Shown: one piece after another, positions 21,354 through 32,545 of the stretch
Layout: each line of letters begins with the position of its first letter
How positions within the stretch are numbered: the stretch's first letter is position 1
NCBI GenBank assembly: GCA_900617105.1
Contig: UYFQ01000390.1
Span: 1 to 32,545, forward strand
Direction: 5' to 3'
From: Hydrurus foetidus
Lineage: Eukaryota
Length of the DNA: 32,545 nucleotides
The notes under the pieces: model-generated
The model's input: the letters and a program-made list of their open reading frames with translations, nothing else
Told to the model about the DNA's origin: nothing
Database searches by the model: none
Made by a program: the position numbers and the translations under genes

Positions 21354-24300
21354 CTACCTGTAGTCAACAGCCACACTCTATCCAACATCACACTCGCTTC
21401 ACCTGACCCTCTTGCTCTAACCGCCGACTATGCTCCTACAAATTGCCCATACTCCACCCTTGCTATCCCTTACCCAAGTTCTTTAGCCCTTTCTTCACAA
21501 AGGACTGTCATTATTCCTTCCATCCTCGCACCAACTTACTGGGATAACGCATGCTCATTCCACACAGTCAACGACCTGACCCTGCTATACAATACTTCAA
21601 CCCTACATGCTCCATTCTCTCTGGGTGGCGTCGGTGGAACCTGTCTAGTCACTCATCGTGGTTACCTTCACTGCCTACCCCACAACAACAATATGAACGT
21701 TGCCTACTACGCTCCAACTATACCAGTCAACTTGTTCAGTCTAGGACACCTTCAGCGATGTGGAGCTAGCTACGGCCCAGACCCACTTCGACCCCTCACA
21801 CATGTCTCCGTCTATTCATCAATCTCTGGCCCCCTACTAGCCCATGCTACACTCTCACCAAATAACCTCCTTCTCGTCGACTTCAATGCTCTTAAAATGG
21901 CATCAATCCTGTCCCCCCTACGATACCATCCCTCCTACGCACTAAATGCTACATTCCCAATCCAACATATCAACGCTGAACAGCACGCTCGGGCTGATGC
22001 TGCTGAGCAGCTGCACATCGACCTTTGCCATCCATCGGACAGGAGTCTCTGCTCGAATCTCTCTACTGGCAAACTACCATTCACTACACTAACATGTACT
22101 GACATCACCCTCAACCGTCAACTCCGCGGCCCTTGCCCCCATTGCGCCGCTGGTAAGCACACCAACCCACCACACCCTCCATCAACAAGCCCTCCCGCTA
22201 CATCCATTGGTGAGGTCATCTCAATCGACCCACAGCTCCTTCCAGAACCTTCACCGGGACAACACACACACGAAATAATCCTCGTGGATGAGTTCACCGG
22301 CCACCTCTCTGTCGTTGGTGCCACATCAAAATCAACCCCGGCTGTATTCAAAGCACTACAACACATCATATCCACCACCTTCAACGCAAACCAACACCGC
22401 GTCGGTACAATCCACGGCGATTGCGAAAAGATCAATATCTCTCTCGCTGGCCCCCTTGGCTCGCTCGGCATCAATCTCCATACATCCCCTCCTGGAGAAC
22501 ATGCCGCGCGAGTCGAACGCTATATTCTTATCCTCCGCCAACTGTCCATCGCAATACTCTCAGCACTATCCTACATCCTCCCCTCCAAATATACCCTGTA
22601 TCTCCACAAAGCCATCGCATCGGTCCGAAACTCACTCATCAATTCTCGCAGCTCCCCCTCTACACCCGACGAACTCCTACGAGGTACCAAACCATCCCGT
22701 CGCCAATTCCCCTTCGGAGCCTGTTGCATGGTAACCCAGCACTACGACAAACGTGTTGCCCTTGCCCGTGCACATCAGTCCTCACCTGCCGTCGAAGCTA
22801 AGGCCGAAATCGGTGTCTGTATGGGCCATGATCATATCACTGGCCGAACCCTCTTTCTCCTCGCTAATGGTGCTATCGTACCTCGACGTCCCACATCGCA
22901 ACTACCATCCTCCTATGTCCCATTTAATTGGACCCCTAAAACCTTCGTGATCACCACACCCATTCCCTCTCCAACACAAGACCTCGCATCACCTCTACCC
23001 GCACCTCCCCTCAACTGTGTCGTCCAATTGCCACACGTCCCCCACTCCGACGCTATCGCCACAGTAACCGGTCATATCCCCTCCCCCCTCAACAGCGATC
23101 TTCTCTCCTACATCCGCCAACCACCCTCATTGATCCCTACCTCAACGACAACCCATCCCGGAGAATACACACTTCAAACCTTGATAACTCCATCTACCCC
23201 ACCTCAATCACCTACCACCATTGCCACGGCTATACCCAACGCGGCACCTACAGACCCATCCACTCCTCCAGCCGTGATCGACAACATCACTCATAGCTCA
23301 ATGCTATCCCCACTACCTACACCACCCACCACGCCTACACACATCTCTACACCGGCGCCGCGTCCTTCACGCAATACAGCACACCCACCCAACTTCTGGA
23401 AAGGTGCTTGCGTCAGCTCAGCCCCAAATACCGTACCCCCCAATAATGAACGCATGTCAGCCATCAAAAGAAAACTCTTCCTTTCTCAACAAGCAGCAAT
23501 CCGCAATAGGAACCACCGCCTCCAAAACCCAACACCATACAATAACCGAACCACCAACATTCTGCCTGAGCCTCTCCCCACACGCCGCGCAGAGATGTCG
23601 ATTCGTAAGGCCTCGAACCTATACAACGCCGCCGACATTTCCGCGGGCATCTCCAAGGAACTTTGCAAACACTTCACAACTTACAAATCACTAACACTCC
23701 TACCAAGACACGCCATCGAACCAAATGCAGTATTCATGCGAAGTCAAATCTTCATTTAAAAAAAATCCAATGGTCTCATTACAGCCAGGCTCGCTATTGA
23801 CGGCAGTACACAACCCCGCAAAACCTACAATGACACTTACGCAGGCACTTCTGATACAACAAACCGCGCATTTCTCCTTCAAGCATACATAGCAGATGCC
23901 ACACATCGTGGGTGCCTCGACCAATTACGCATAGGAGATTTTGACTTTCCCGGTGCCTTCCTTCATAATAAATTAACACGCGAAATGACCAATGGTCATC
24001 AGCTCATAGCCAAACTCCCATCGGATCTCCCCAGCCCACTCGCCGGACAACTTGCCGAAATTACCGGGTGCTGCTACGGGATCAAGCAGGCTAATCACGA
24101 GTATGATAAGGATCTAATCAACCTTCTTACCAACGCTGGCTTCATACCTACTGCCTCTGACCCACACTCTTTCCACAAACGCTGCTCTAACAACCCTTCA
24201 GATTCCTTGACCCTAAACATGCATGTTGATGATGGGTGGTACGTTACGTGCTCCGTCCCGCTCCTTGCCGAACTTAAGGCCGTTCTCACAATGCGCTACG

Positions 24301-25199
24301 GCCCCATCGACTTTCACGATGCCTCTAACGGCGTCTGCGGCGTCCGACTTACACGCCACCACGACCACTCTTGCACCCTAGATCAAGGTCCTCATATCAC
24401 CAAATTCCTCCACCGCGCGGGAATGGACCTGGTCCCACCAGCTCTCACACCATCCACGGCCACATTCTTCGACCCCCCCACCGACCTAACACCAGTTGAT
24501 AAAACCCGATTTCTCAGCGTGAATGGCAACCTTGTATTCCTCCTGCCCATACGCCATGATATACGCAAGGAAGTCATCCATCTATGCTCACGCAACTCCA
24601 ACCCTGTGCAGTCCGATCTTACCAAGCAGATACACGTCCTTCGCTATCTCAAAAGCTGTCCTGATCTTGGCCCCACATTCTCCACTAATCCCTCCGCTTA
24701 TCCCAACGGAGTCACAATCACAGCTGCTGCTGATTCCTCCCACGCATGCCATGCCGACGGCCGCAGCCACTCAGCTTATATCATCCGCATTGGACTCAAC
24801 ACCGCACCTTTCGTTACGCACTCAGCATCTGAAACCTCTGCTATTGCACTAAGCCCCTGTGAAGCAGAGTATCTCGCCCTCGGTCGGTGTGCTCAGCATG
24901 TCCTATACTTCAGACAATTCGCGGCCGACATTGGCTTCCCCCAAACCGCACCCACTGTTATCTTTGAAGATAACCAACCCGCTATCAATCTAACAGTCGC
25001 CCCTGGAATCACCCGCAAATCCAGGCACATCGCACTCAAAGAACACTATATTCGCTGGCTCTTCCAATCTAAACAAATCGCACCACAATTTGTGGGAACA
25101 AACGACATGCTCGCTGACGGCCTCACTAAAAGTCTCGCTCCATCAAAGTTCCTCTGGTTTCGCAAGGAACTATTCAATTCACATAATTTACAGAAATAG
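21354..25199 (+). pseudogene. pol: A2 pol, in frame with gag after a TGA; single nonsense TAA at 23757-23759
   Basis: Protease YWDNACS; integrase HIDLCH...CPHC plus IDP/HGD/VERY; RT TARLAIDG, DFPGAFL, YGIKQA, HVDD; RNase H DSSHA, CEAEY, EDNQ, ADGLTK. The TAA replaces the Lys seen in A1 (FIKRKS). Confidence 0.93.
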
Positions 25200-25300
25200 C
25201 CTGCTTCTTTCTATTTTCTATTCAAATACTTTAATCTTTTTTTTTCCTACATCTACACATATCCTCTCCATAATTCGCATATATATAGCTTACCGGCGCA

Positions 25301-25568
25301 TGTCAGTGTATCACTGCTTCAGTTCCCCCGACCGTCGCCTCCCCCCCCCCTCTTTTCACAACCGCATACATCGACATTTTCATGCACATTCCGTTCGCTC
25401 ATTTCACTACACGTTAGATGTCTTCCTGTAATTCAATCTCAATGTATCTCAACTTCTCTCGATCTATTCACTCGATACCATTCTGCTCACACAATATAAA
25501 GCAGTAATCTTTTAAACAATTCTGTTTCTACCGCATCGTCTTACCGACTTCCGGCCGATTCACTGACA
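25301..25568 (+). repeat. A2 3' LTR (268 bp)
   Basis: About 4 differences from the reconstructed 5' LTR; 8-bp terminal inverted repeat. Confidence 0.96.
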
Positions 25569-26147
25569 GTGACTGTTCCTGCTACGGCTACGTACGTGTG
25601 GTGCTACGTACGTGTAGTACTGTACGTGTGTAAATTACCCGTGTGTGTATTACAGCCATAGAATAAAATGGCACCCATTTACGGACATACTAAATCAATA
25701 GGAGATATATTTTGAAATTGAAAAAAATACTTTATCGTGTGTAGAAATAATGTAACGTGTAAATTTCTACCATAAGGATTATATGGTCAAATATGTGTAA
25801 TTTCTATTATTTAAATAGAAACTTGACTATAAATGACTCCATCAGACTTTATAAATAGATTTTTGTACTAATATCTGGACATCCGTTTCACATCTACCAA
25901 ATTAAAGGAATACCTACCCACAGTGTACACTGTTCAGTAAATAACGAGAATCGTACTAAAATCGAGTCCATGCACTTTAAACTGCAATCGATGACTTCAT
26001 TAGCGAAACCGATACCTTAAATCTGTAATTGAAACTGCTAATCATTGAGCGTCTACTACAACATTATACGTATCGACAGTCAATTCTTGCATGTCTCTCC
26101 GTTCATCGAGTCGCATTTAGTGCTTGTCTGTATTCTACAATCGAGCA

Positions 26148-28250
26148 ATGGAGAATTTCGGAAATCGAGGAAGAGGCAATGGTTTACCGTGGACGTTTCT
26201 ACGATCATTCAGCGAAGGTGATCAAAGTGGTGATTCTGCTTATTGACTTTTGATGCACTTATCTTTCTCATTATCGATTCCAGATCCTGAAGTAGCACCT
26301 TTCCTCCTTGATTTGGGGGTTAAAGTTGGCAGAGTCACCAATAGCAGAATCTCGACGACCTCTTACTATCACTGCAAGGTGGGAGGTTGCAAGAAGCAGT
26401 ACAGAGTCATCAAGTTAGTCGACGACGAAGACGTTGACAATCTCTATGTGGAGGAGGTAGCAAATGAATTCTATGATCACGCTGTAGCAGACGTTAATAT
26501 CAGAGGATTGTCACCGCGACAGAAGGAAATAGTCCTTCAATGCCACATGAGGAGGCAAAGTGCTCCCAAACGTGTCGTCGATGAATTCGATCGTCAAGCT
26601 GCAATCCTACTGACAGCAAACCTACCGGTTGTTCCAACTCCAACAACGGATATGATATCGAGCTTTCTATCTCATCATCGGAAGCTTCAAAGAGCTGGCA
26701 TCCCTGTTGGCAAGACAAGTCTCCAGGATTTGGAAAAGTCCTCACAAGATAATAGGATAGATAATAAGAATGATTAGAAAGTCAAAATAATCTTTACAAG
26801 CTAACACAACATAAACTTAAACTCAGTTGTAAATCAGGGTCTCGATGTAGCTGCTGTTTTGGACTACGAGCATGATGATGGAGTGAAGGGACCCTACTTC
26901 TCCATTTTATTTTGTTACTTGATCGATGGTACCCATTTTACACGTCCCATCGAAATAGACGACACCTACAAGCTGATTCATGAAGTATACACAGTTACTG
27001 TGTTGGGCCAGACTGATGCGGATCGTGTATTTCACACAAGAGCCGTTGGGATATCAACGAATAGTAGCGAGAGAGACCGAGTGCCACTATTCACGCCTCG
27101 TGCATACTTGGGCGATTCCGCAAAAGCCTATGCCAAGGCTGCACTGAGCATCTTTCCCTCTATTGCTGTCCGATTAATGTGCTTCGCTCACGTTTACAAA
27201 GGAAGTCTGGCAAGTGAAGTCAACTCACTACTTGGTGATCTACCGTTCATTAAAGTACTATAGGAATATAGTCTGAATTGATTATGATTATATGTTTACA
27301 ACTTGTAGAAAGTGGAGAAGCAGGATTAGGCCGTCAGAGGGAAGTTTCTCCATGATATAAATGCGATATCCCTGTCGTTCACCTCGGAGCAAGTCTTACT
27401 CGCAGTGGAAGGCAAATGAGAACGCTACAGTTCTCAATGTCACGGCTCATTTCAGAGCACAGTGGACTAACAATCATGTTAGTAACTGGACGAGAGGGTA
27501 CTGTCCCAATTGCGTCATCAACAATAATGGACTCGAGGCAACCAATGGAGTCATCAAGGATGAGGTGACACAGAGAAGGCTTTTGTCTGTACTGACTTTT
27601 TTGTACAAATATCGAGGTGGCTTACGTCCCAGTCTACTAGGAGGGATCCAGCAAATTCAAATTCCATTCCATTTACCGGCGTCCATACTATCGCAACAAG
27701 TAACTGGACTGAGGCATACAGATGGTCTAGGGACACTGCGCGACAACTCCGTATCACGAATGATGGGGTGTATGTAGCCGTCAATGGCGACGTTAGGGGC
27801 GATCTGACAGATGAAAAAGCGGCCAACTTTGTGGCTATGTTTACTAATGTCACATTCGGATCCTTCGATGACTTCACTAAGACATCAAATAACGTCTGTG
27901 TCATCAAACCGGATCTTACTAGGCAAGAGGGATACAATTGTACTTGTAAAGTTAATGCCAAAGAAGACAGCTGCAATCACTCCCTCGGTGTCGCCATTGT
28001 CCGAGGCGCTCTTGTTCCTCCCAGAGAAGCAAAGGTCACCCTCCTCGGACGTAAGAGAAAAAGAGAGAGAAAGCCACTAGCTGCTCCTGCCTGGCAGCAT
28101 CAACCTTTCGACATCGTTTCTCCCCAGTATCATCCTGAGCAAAATCCTGATATTCTTGCAGGTGTAGTTGCCCCACCAAATGAGCCCCTGAATGCTCAAA
28201 ATGCAATACTAGAAGAGCATGTTGAAGTACCTAATGCCATTGAACAGTGA
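26148..28250 (+). pseudogene. Mutator/MULE-type DDE transposase with a SWIM zinc finger, fragmented by introns and/or frameshifts
   Basis: Motifs EIDDTYKL, YLGDSAKA...MCFAHV (CxxH), NNGLEATNGVIK and YNCTCK...CNH lie in successive frames. TIRs were not found. Confidence 0.82.
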
Positions 28251-28932
28251 TTATTCACTATGAATCGTAATTTGATATTGTAGATGCTATTATGGTATTA
28301 TGAGTTAGAGTGTTGAGACGCTGTGAAGAGCAAGTAATTCCTCTGAGTTCTGAGGAGATGATAGTGTTTGCCCGAATCGAGCACTATGTGCAGAAATCCA
28401 CAAGGAAAAGCTATCGAGTAACTATGACCGCCTTTTTTTGAGTTGCCTGCTACCATATATGCTTCTAATGATTCAACTACTTTTGCGTGAACGACTTCTG
28501 CTTCGATTTGTAAATAAAATATTGAATTTATAACCCACAACCTAATTGCTCTTCATAAACAAGCTGTCTTAATGTCGTTTGATTCCGCGATTTCGTTTTC
28601 TTTCTGCAAAATTACGCAACATTACGAAGCACATAAATACTTCAGGAACTATCGTCTAAAGTAATTGTTGTATTGCTATCACCATAGTAGCATGTATCTC
28701 TTCGGTAATCAAGGCTGTAAAGCACTTACGCACTCTTCGATGACTTCATGTGAGTGCTGAACACAGAAAATAGAGGCCCAACTCTTTCTTGTCCCAGGCT
28801 CTACTGGTAACATGGTTTAGTGCATGAACACTGAATAGGAGATGTCATGCCCAAAGCAGTACCTCTTGCTAAAACAAAAGCCTATTCTACAGTAGCTATT
28901 CTACAAAGCCTGAAACACACCAGAAATTAAGT

Positions 28933-29060
28933 AAATGAATTTACAACTATGATAGAAAATAATACATTCAATCAAGGGAAGATATGAAGCCTCACACTAG
29001 AAAGAAAGCAAATGAATTTACAACTATGATAGACAAATAATGCACTCAATCAAGGAAAGA
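28933..29060 (+). repeat. ~50-bp imperfect direct repeat with period 77
   Basis: AAATGAATTTACAACTATGATAGA...AATAAT.CA.TCAATCAAGG at 28933 and 29010. Confidence 0.8.
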
Positions 29061-29969
29061 AATGTAAATTCTCGAAGTGTAGCCTCCAGCACTCCAGAGG
29101 AACAGTGTCCATAATGCCAGTGACACCTGGAAAGGAGAAAATATACTGGACACCCGGAAAGGACAAACTTACGAGTGTGTCAAGTTCGTAAGTGGACCAA
29201 CCACACCAACAACTTCGGGGAATCTCTTTTGAATCCAGGACACGTTGTCGCAAAAGATTTCAAAGAATTGTGGGAAGGCCCTTTAAAATGACTTATTTAG
29301 CTTACTCTTCAGCTTTGTGAAGGTTAACATAGAAGCAATGAGAAACATCACACATTCTATCAGCGAGGTGAAGAATGTCAAATTTAACACTGACATAGCG
29401 GCATGCAGTATCATATAACAAATTGCCACTATCTACGATGAGGACACCAACTGCATGGTCAATACTTTGGAGACCATCCGCAGTCTTCAAATACTGAAGC
29501 GCTTTAGTCTCCTCAGTAGTCCAAATGAGCTAGAAGTGGCAGAAAGGTGGTTTATCTTACAACGAGAAGAGAGTGGGTGAGCTAGCAGAGGTGTAAAAAC
29601 TCTGCATGCAAGACTTGCAAGGTAAGCTAACAAGCTGCGAGATGTTAGAAGGACTCTCAGCCACATGTACAAACGGCTATACGGGTAGGAATGTGGTACT
29701 AAATCCTGTACTATCACATTAAACCCACTTACTCCTTCCGGAAACGACCCAAGTCCCGCTTCTCTCTTTCTAAACTACTTAATTGTAACTAAAATAAAAA
29801 AAAACGAACTAACACTAAAGCAGAAAAGTTACATCAAGAGCTTTAAAAATGATGAAAAATAACTAGTCTAGAAGAGAGTTTGGGACAGGTCCTCCGAGGG
29901 AGTGTCCGTGCATCCGACAGCAGCGGTCTTGACCGGGTGTGAGTATGTCAGGTTTCACTGACTAAAACC

Positions 29970-32545
29970 TAGGGCTGGTGTCCGACTCCAAAAGTGAAGT
30001 CGGACCGGACAGTCGGACATCCACTGAAATGTCGGACGGACAGTCCGACATTCTCGGACAAATTGAGATAATCGGAGTCGGACGGAAGTCGGACAAAAGT
30101 CGGACGGAAGAGGTACGGAAGTCGGACAGATAACGTTTGGAAGTCGGACAGACGGACACTTTTTTTAATTTCTCTCTCGCATTCCTCAGCCAGCGGCCAA
30201 CTGTCGTGCAGGACTATCAGATCGGAAGCATGCTGTGGCTGAATAGAGGTGCGACAGAGAAAACGCGCTCGGAAGGTGCAGAAGTGGCAGGTATGCAGAG
30301 GATTCTACGAGCTAAAATGGCAGTGTGCATGATTGGCAGGCCTTTCATGGCTTTGTAACAATCAAGTTCGAGGGAAACGGTAATGTCGATTTCGTCATCG
30401 GCAACAGCGCTCTCGTCATCATCTCCGATACCTTCGAAGAGAGCTGTCAGTGGCCTCGCGACATCCTTTGAAGGTGCAACAACGGCATCTAAATTTGCAA
30501 ATTGGGCTTTTCTGGTTCTTATTTCGTCGGTGATTTTGCGCATCAAGGACTTAATCTGATCCCAGATTTTAATTCTGTCCAGGACTCCAATGTACTTCAA
30601 AGACTTTGAGCGGGGATCCAAGGCTGCGGCCAACAAGCTCGTTCGTGGGAATCCTTTTTGTCTGTTTGATCTGCCAGGTACCTCGTTTTCATCATACAGA
30701 GTATTCACTTCACCCTTGCCCCAGTAAGTGTTTAGTCCCTTAATCTTGTGATTCAGCATTTCATTTGCGAGTGTCCTCACGACGTCTGAGCGAGCGTTCT
30801 CACATTTGTCCTCCAACTTTTGTCTGACAACAGTGATGAGGTATGGGGCGAAGGGAAGAGTCGCGTACTTCTGACCCTCCAGGAACTGTTGGATCAGCAT
30901 GAAAGGTTCGAGCAACTCCTCTATATCCTCCAGCATGCTCCACTCAGTTCCAGTTAGATTCAACTCATCCTCGATAACTCCCTCAATAACTAATAATCCA
31001 AAGTATAATTTCAACTCTCGCAATCGCTTCACAAACTTCCATGTCGACCACCACCTTGTAGGACAGTCGTTGACGACTTTCTTCGGCTTCGTGTTGCTTC
31101 CGCGAGTCTGAATTGCTGCTAAGGACTCACTAGCTTGTACACTTGATTTGAAATGTCCTACGAGAGCTCGTGCACGTCTCATGAGATCCGGCGACGGTGA
31201 AGGCCAGCCCCTGCAAAAATCGGACCAACGACCGTGAGTGTACGACGCTACTGCTTGACGATCTAGGCTTTAACCTTCACACAGATGGTGTAAAAATGTT
31301 AAAAAACACTCACCGTAGTCAGCTCCATAACGTGATTTACATAGTAGTGGTGGGGGACTCCGTTGGGCAGCTGTTTACCAAAAGCACCCATTACTGGCGC
31401 TGTATCTGTCACTACGCAGACCATATTACGGATATCCAAATCAAATGCTGTCCATGCATTGGTGAGCTCCCTGATAATGTCACCAGCTTTCGAACCACCA
31501 GCATGTTCTTCACAGCCCAGTGTAAACGACCTCATCTGCCACGTGTCACTAATGTAGTGACATGTCACTCCTAGATAGTTAGTGCCAGCCAGAGATGTCC
31601 AGTGATCACAAGTCAGTGCGAAGTGTTTTTCCATCATCTCCGACTTCAATGTAGTTCTGACTCTACTCGCTTGTTCGCCTATGACACTGACGACCTTGTG
31701 GCGATCAAAGAATTGGACCTTTGGGTTCAATTCAGAACACATCCTCCTGAAGTGTTTGTTTTCGCATGTGTTGATAGGTTGGTAGGTGAACACGATCCAC
31801 TTTAAGAAGCTTTGGGAGAAATTGCCTCCATATGTAACATAATCCGCTATTTTTTCTCCCCTCTTGACTGATGCATCCGCTGCGGTAGCGTTCCGTGTTT
31901 GAATAATTTGTTGATGTCACTTCTCAATATGACGAGACAAAGTCGTTGTGCACGAATCCTAAAAAGATTATAATTGATTAATTGATTAAGGGATGCAATT
32001 TGAAGAGTACCGACGTTGCGTAATTTGTACCTTGTATTCAACAGTGAAATTGATGCTTTTGTCACTCTCAGCAGCTAGACGGCAAATGTTACATGACACC
32101 ACACCTTTCTTGTCAGGATGCGTCAAAATATTGAATTTGTGGAAGTGATCCCACACCCAAGAAGTTGACTTCGATGGAATCAATGTGATAACTGAAGAAT
32201 CAACACGGGTCGATGGCGCATTTATTCCATAAAAGTTGTGTCTATTATCTCTAACAGTTGTAGTCTGCTTTCTTGCTTTCTTGCTTTCTTGTTGTCCGGC
32301 TTTTTGGTCGATGTGCTAAAGGACGAATTTGAGATAGATGATGTTGATGAGCAACTGCCATACTGAAGTGCCAGCGCCCGATTTTCGGCAGTTATAGAGT
32401 TCTCTTCTTCGTAATCTTCCCAGTCATCTGCACTCCTTTTTCTACTCGGTAGAGAGTTGTCTGTAACTGCACTAGCCATCTCTGCTGCGAAACTGCGGTT
32501 CCGAATTGTGATAGCGTCGTCAGAACTTATTCAAAGGTCCTAAGA
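29970..32545 (-). mobile_element. hAT DNA transposon (3' end at 29970; 5' end outside the window)
   Basis: Terminus TAGGGCTGGTGTCCG is followed by an array of TCGGAC/GTCCGA subterminal motifs (29980-30160), next to a hAT transposase. Confidence 0.85.
30217..32479 (-). pseudogene. hAT transposase, probably defective
   Basis: BED finger SWVWDHF...CNIC; TCDHWTS; VTDTA; TRWWST; LDPR; LCIPATSAPSERVFS. CxxH reads YVNH, the frame slips after the putative intron 31313-31211, and the dimerisation domain looks internally deleted. Confidence 0.87.

Larger units (their letters stand above)
13575..25568 (+). mobile_element. Full-length Ty1/copia LTR retrotransposon A2, carrying nested element B in its 5' LTR
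   Basis: 5-bp TSD GTGAC (13570-13574, 25569-25573); LTR termini TGTCAGTG...CACTGACA; gag and pol in copia order. Confidence 0.96.

Noticed and set aside
28298..29717. Minus-strand ORF fragments as a gene
   Set aside because: No recognisable motifs or consistent exon chain; possibly decayed sequence, but I cannot support a call.
29980..30160. CRISPR-like or iteron-like repeat array
   Set aside because: The repeats are irregular 6-8 bp motifs next to a hAT TIR in eukaryotic DNA, with no repeat-spacer structure and no cas genes.

Overview
Eukaryotic, transposon-rich window with GT-AG introns; a protist, possibly stramenopile, origin is inferred only. Two host genes lie tail-to-tail in the middle: a 9-exon triple-KH RNA-binding protein gene (+, 8342-10886) and a 4-exon renalase-like FAD oxidoreductase gene (-, 11764-13400). 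Around them are three Ty1/copia-order (PR-IN-RT-RH) LTR retrotransposons from two families. A1 (626-5180) is decayed. A2 (13575-25568, TSD GTGAC) is near-intact. B (13615-19883, TSD CGCCC) is near-intact and inserted in the 5' LTR of A2. Also present: a (TTTTGA)n array, a 54-bp perfect inverted repeat, hAT-type non-autonomous elements, and decayed MULE and hAT transposases. Main signal: neither A2 nor B has a TGG-initiated tRNA primer-binding site. In both, the 11-14 nt right after the 5' LTR are the exact reverse complement of a segment inside their own LTR, which is Tf1-style self-priming architecture in copia elements, and the pairing extends over the gag AUG. The two families also appear to use different gag-pol recoding: a U_UUA_AAC -1 frameshift site in B, and an in-frame stop in A (UGA-CUA in A2, UAG-G in A1).
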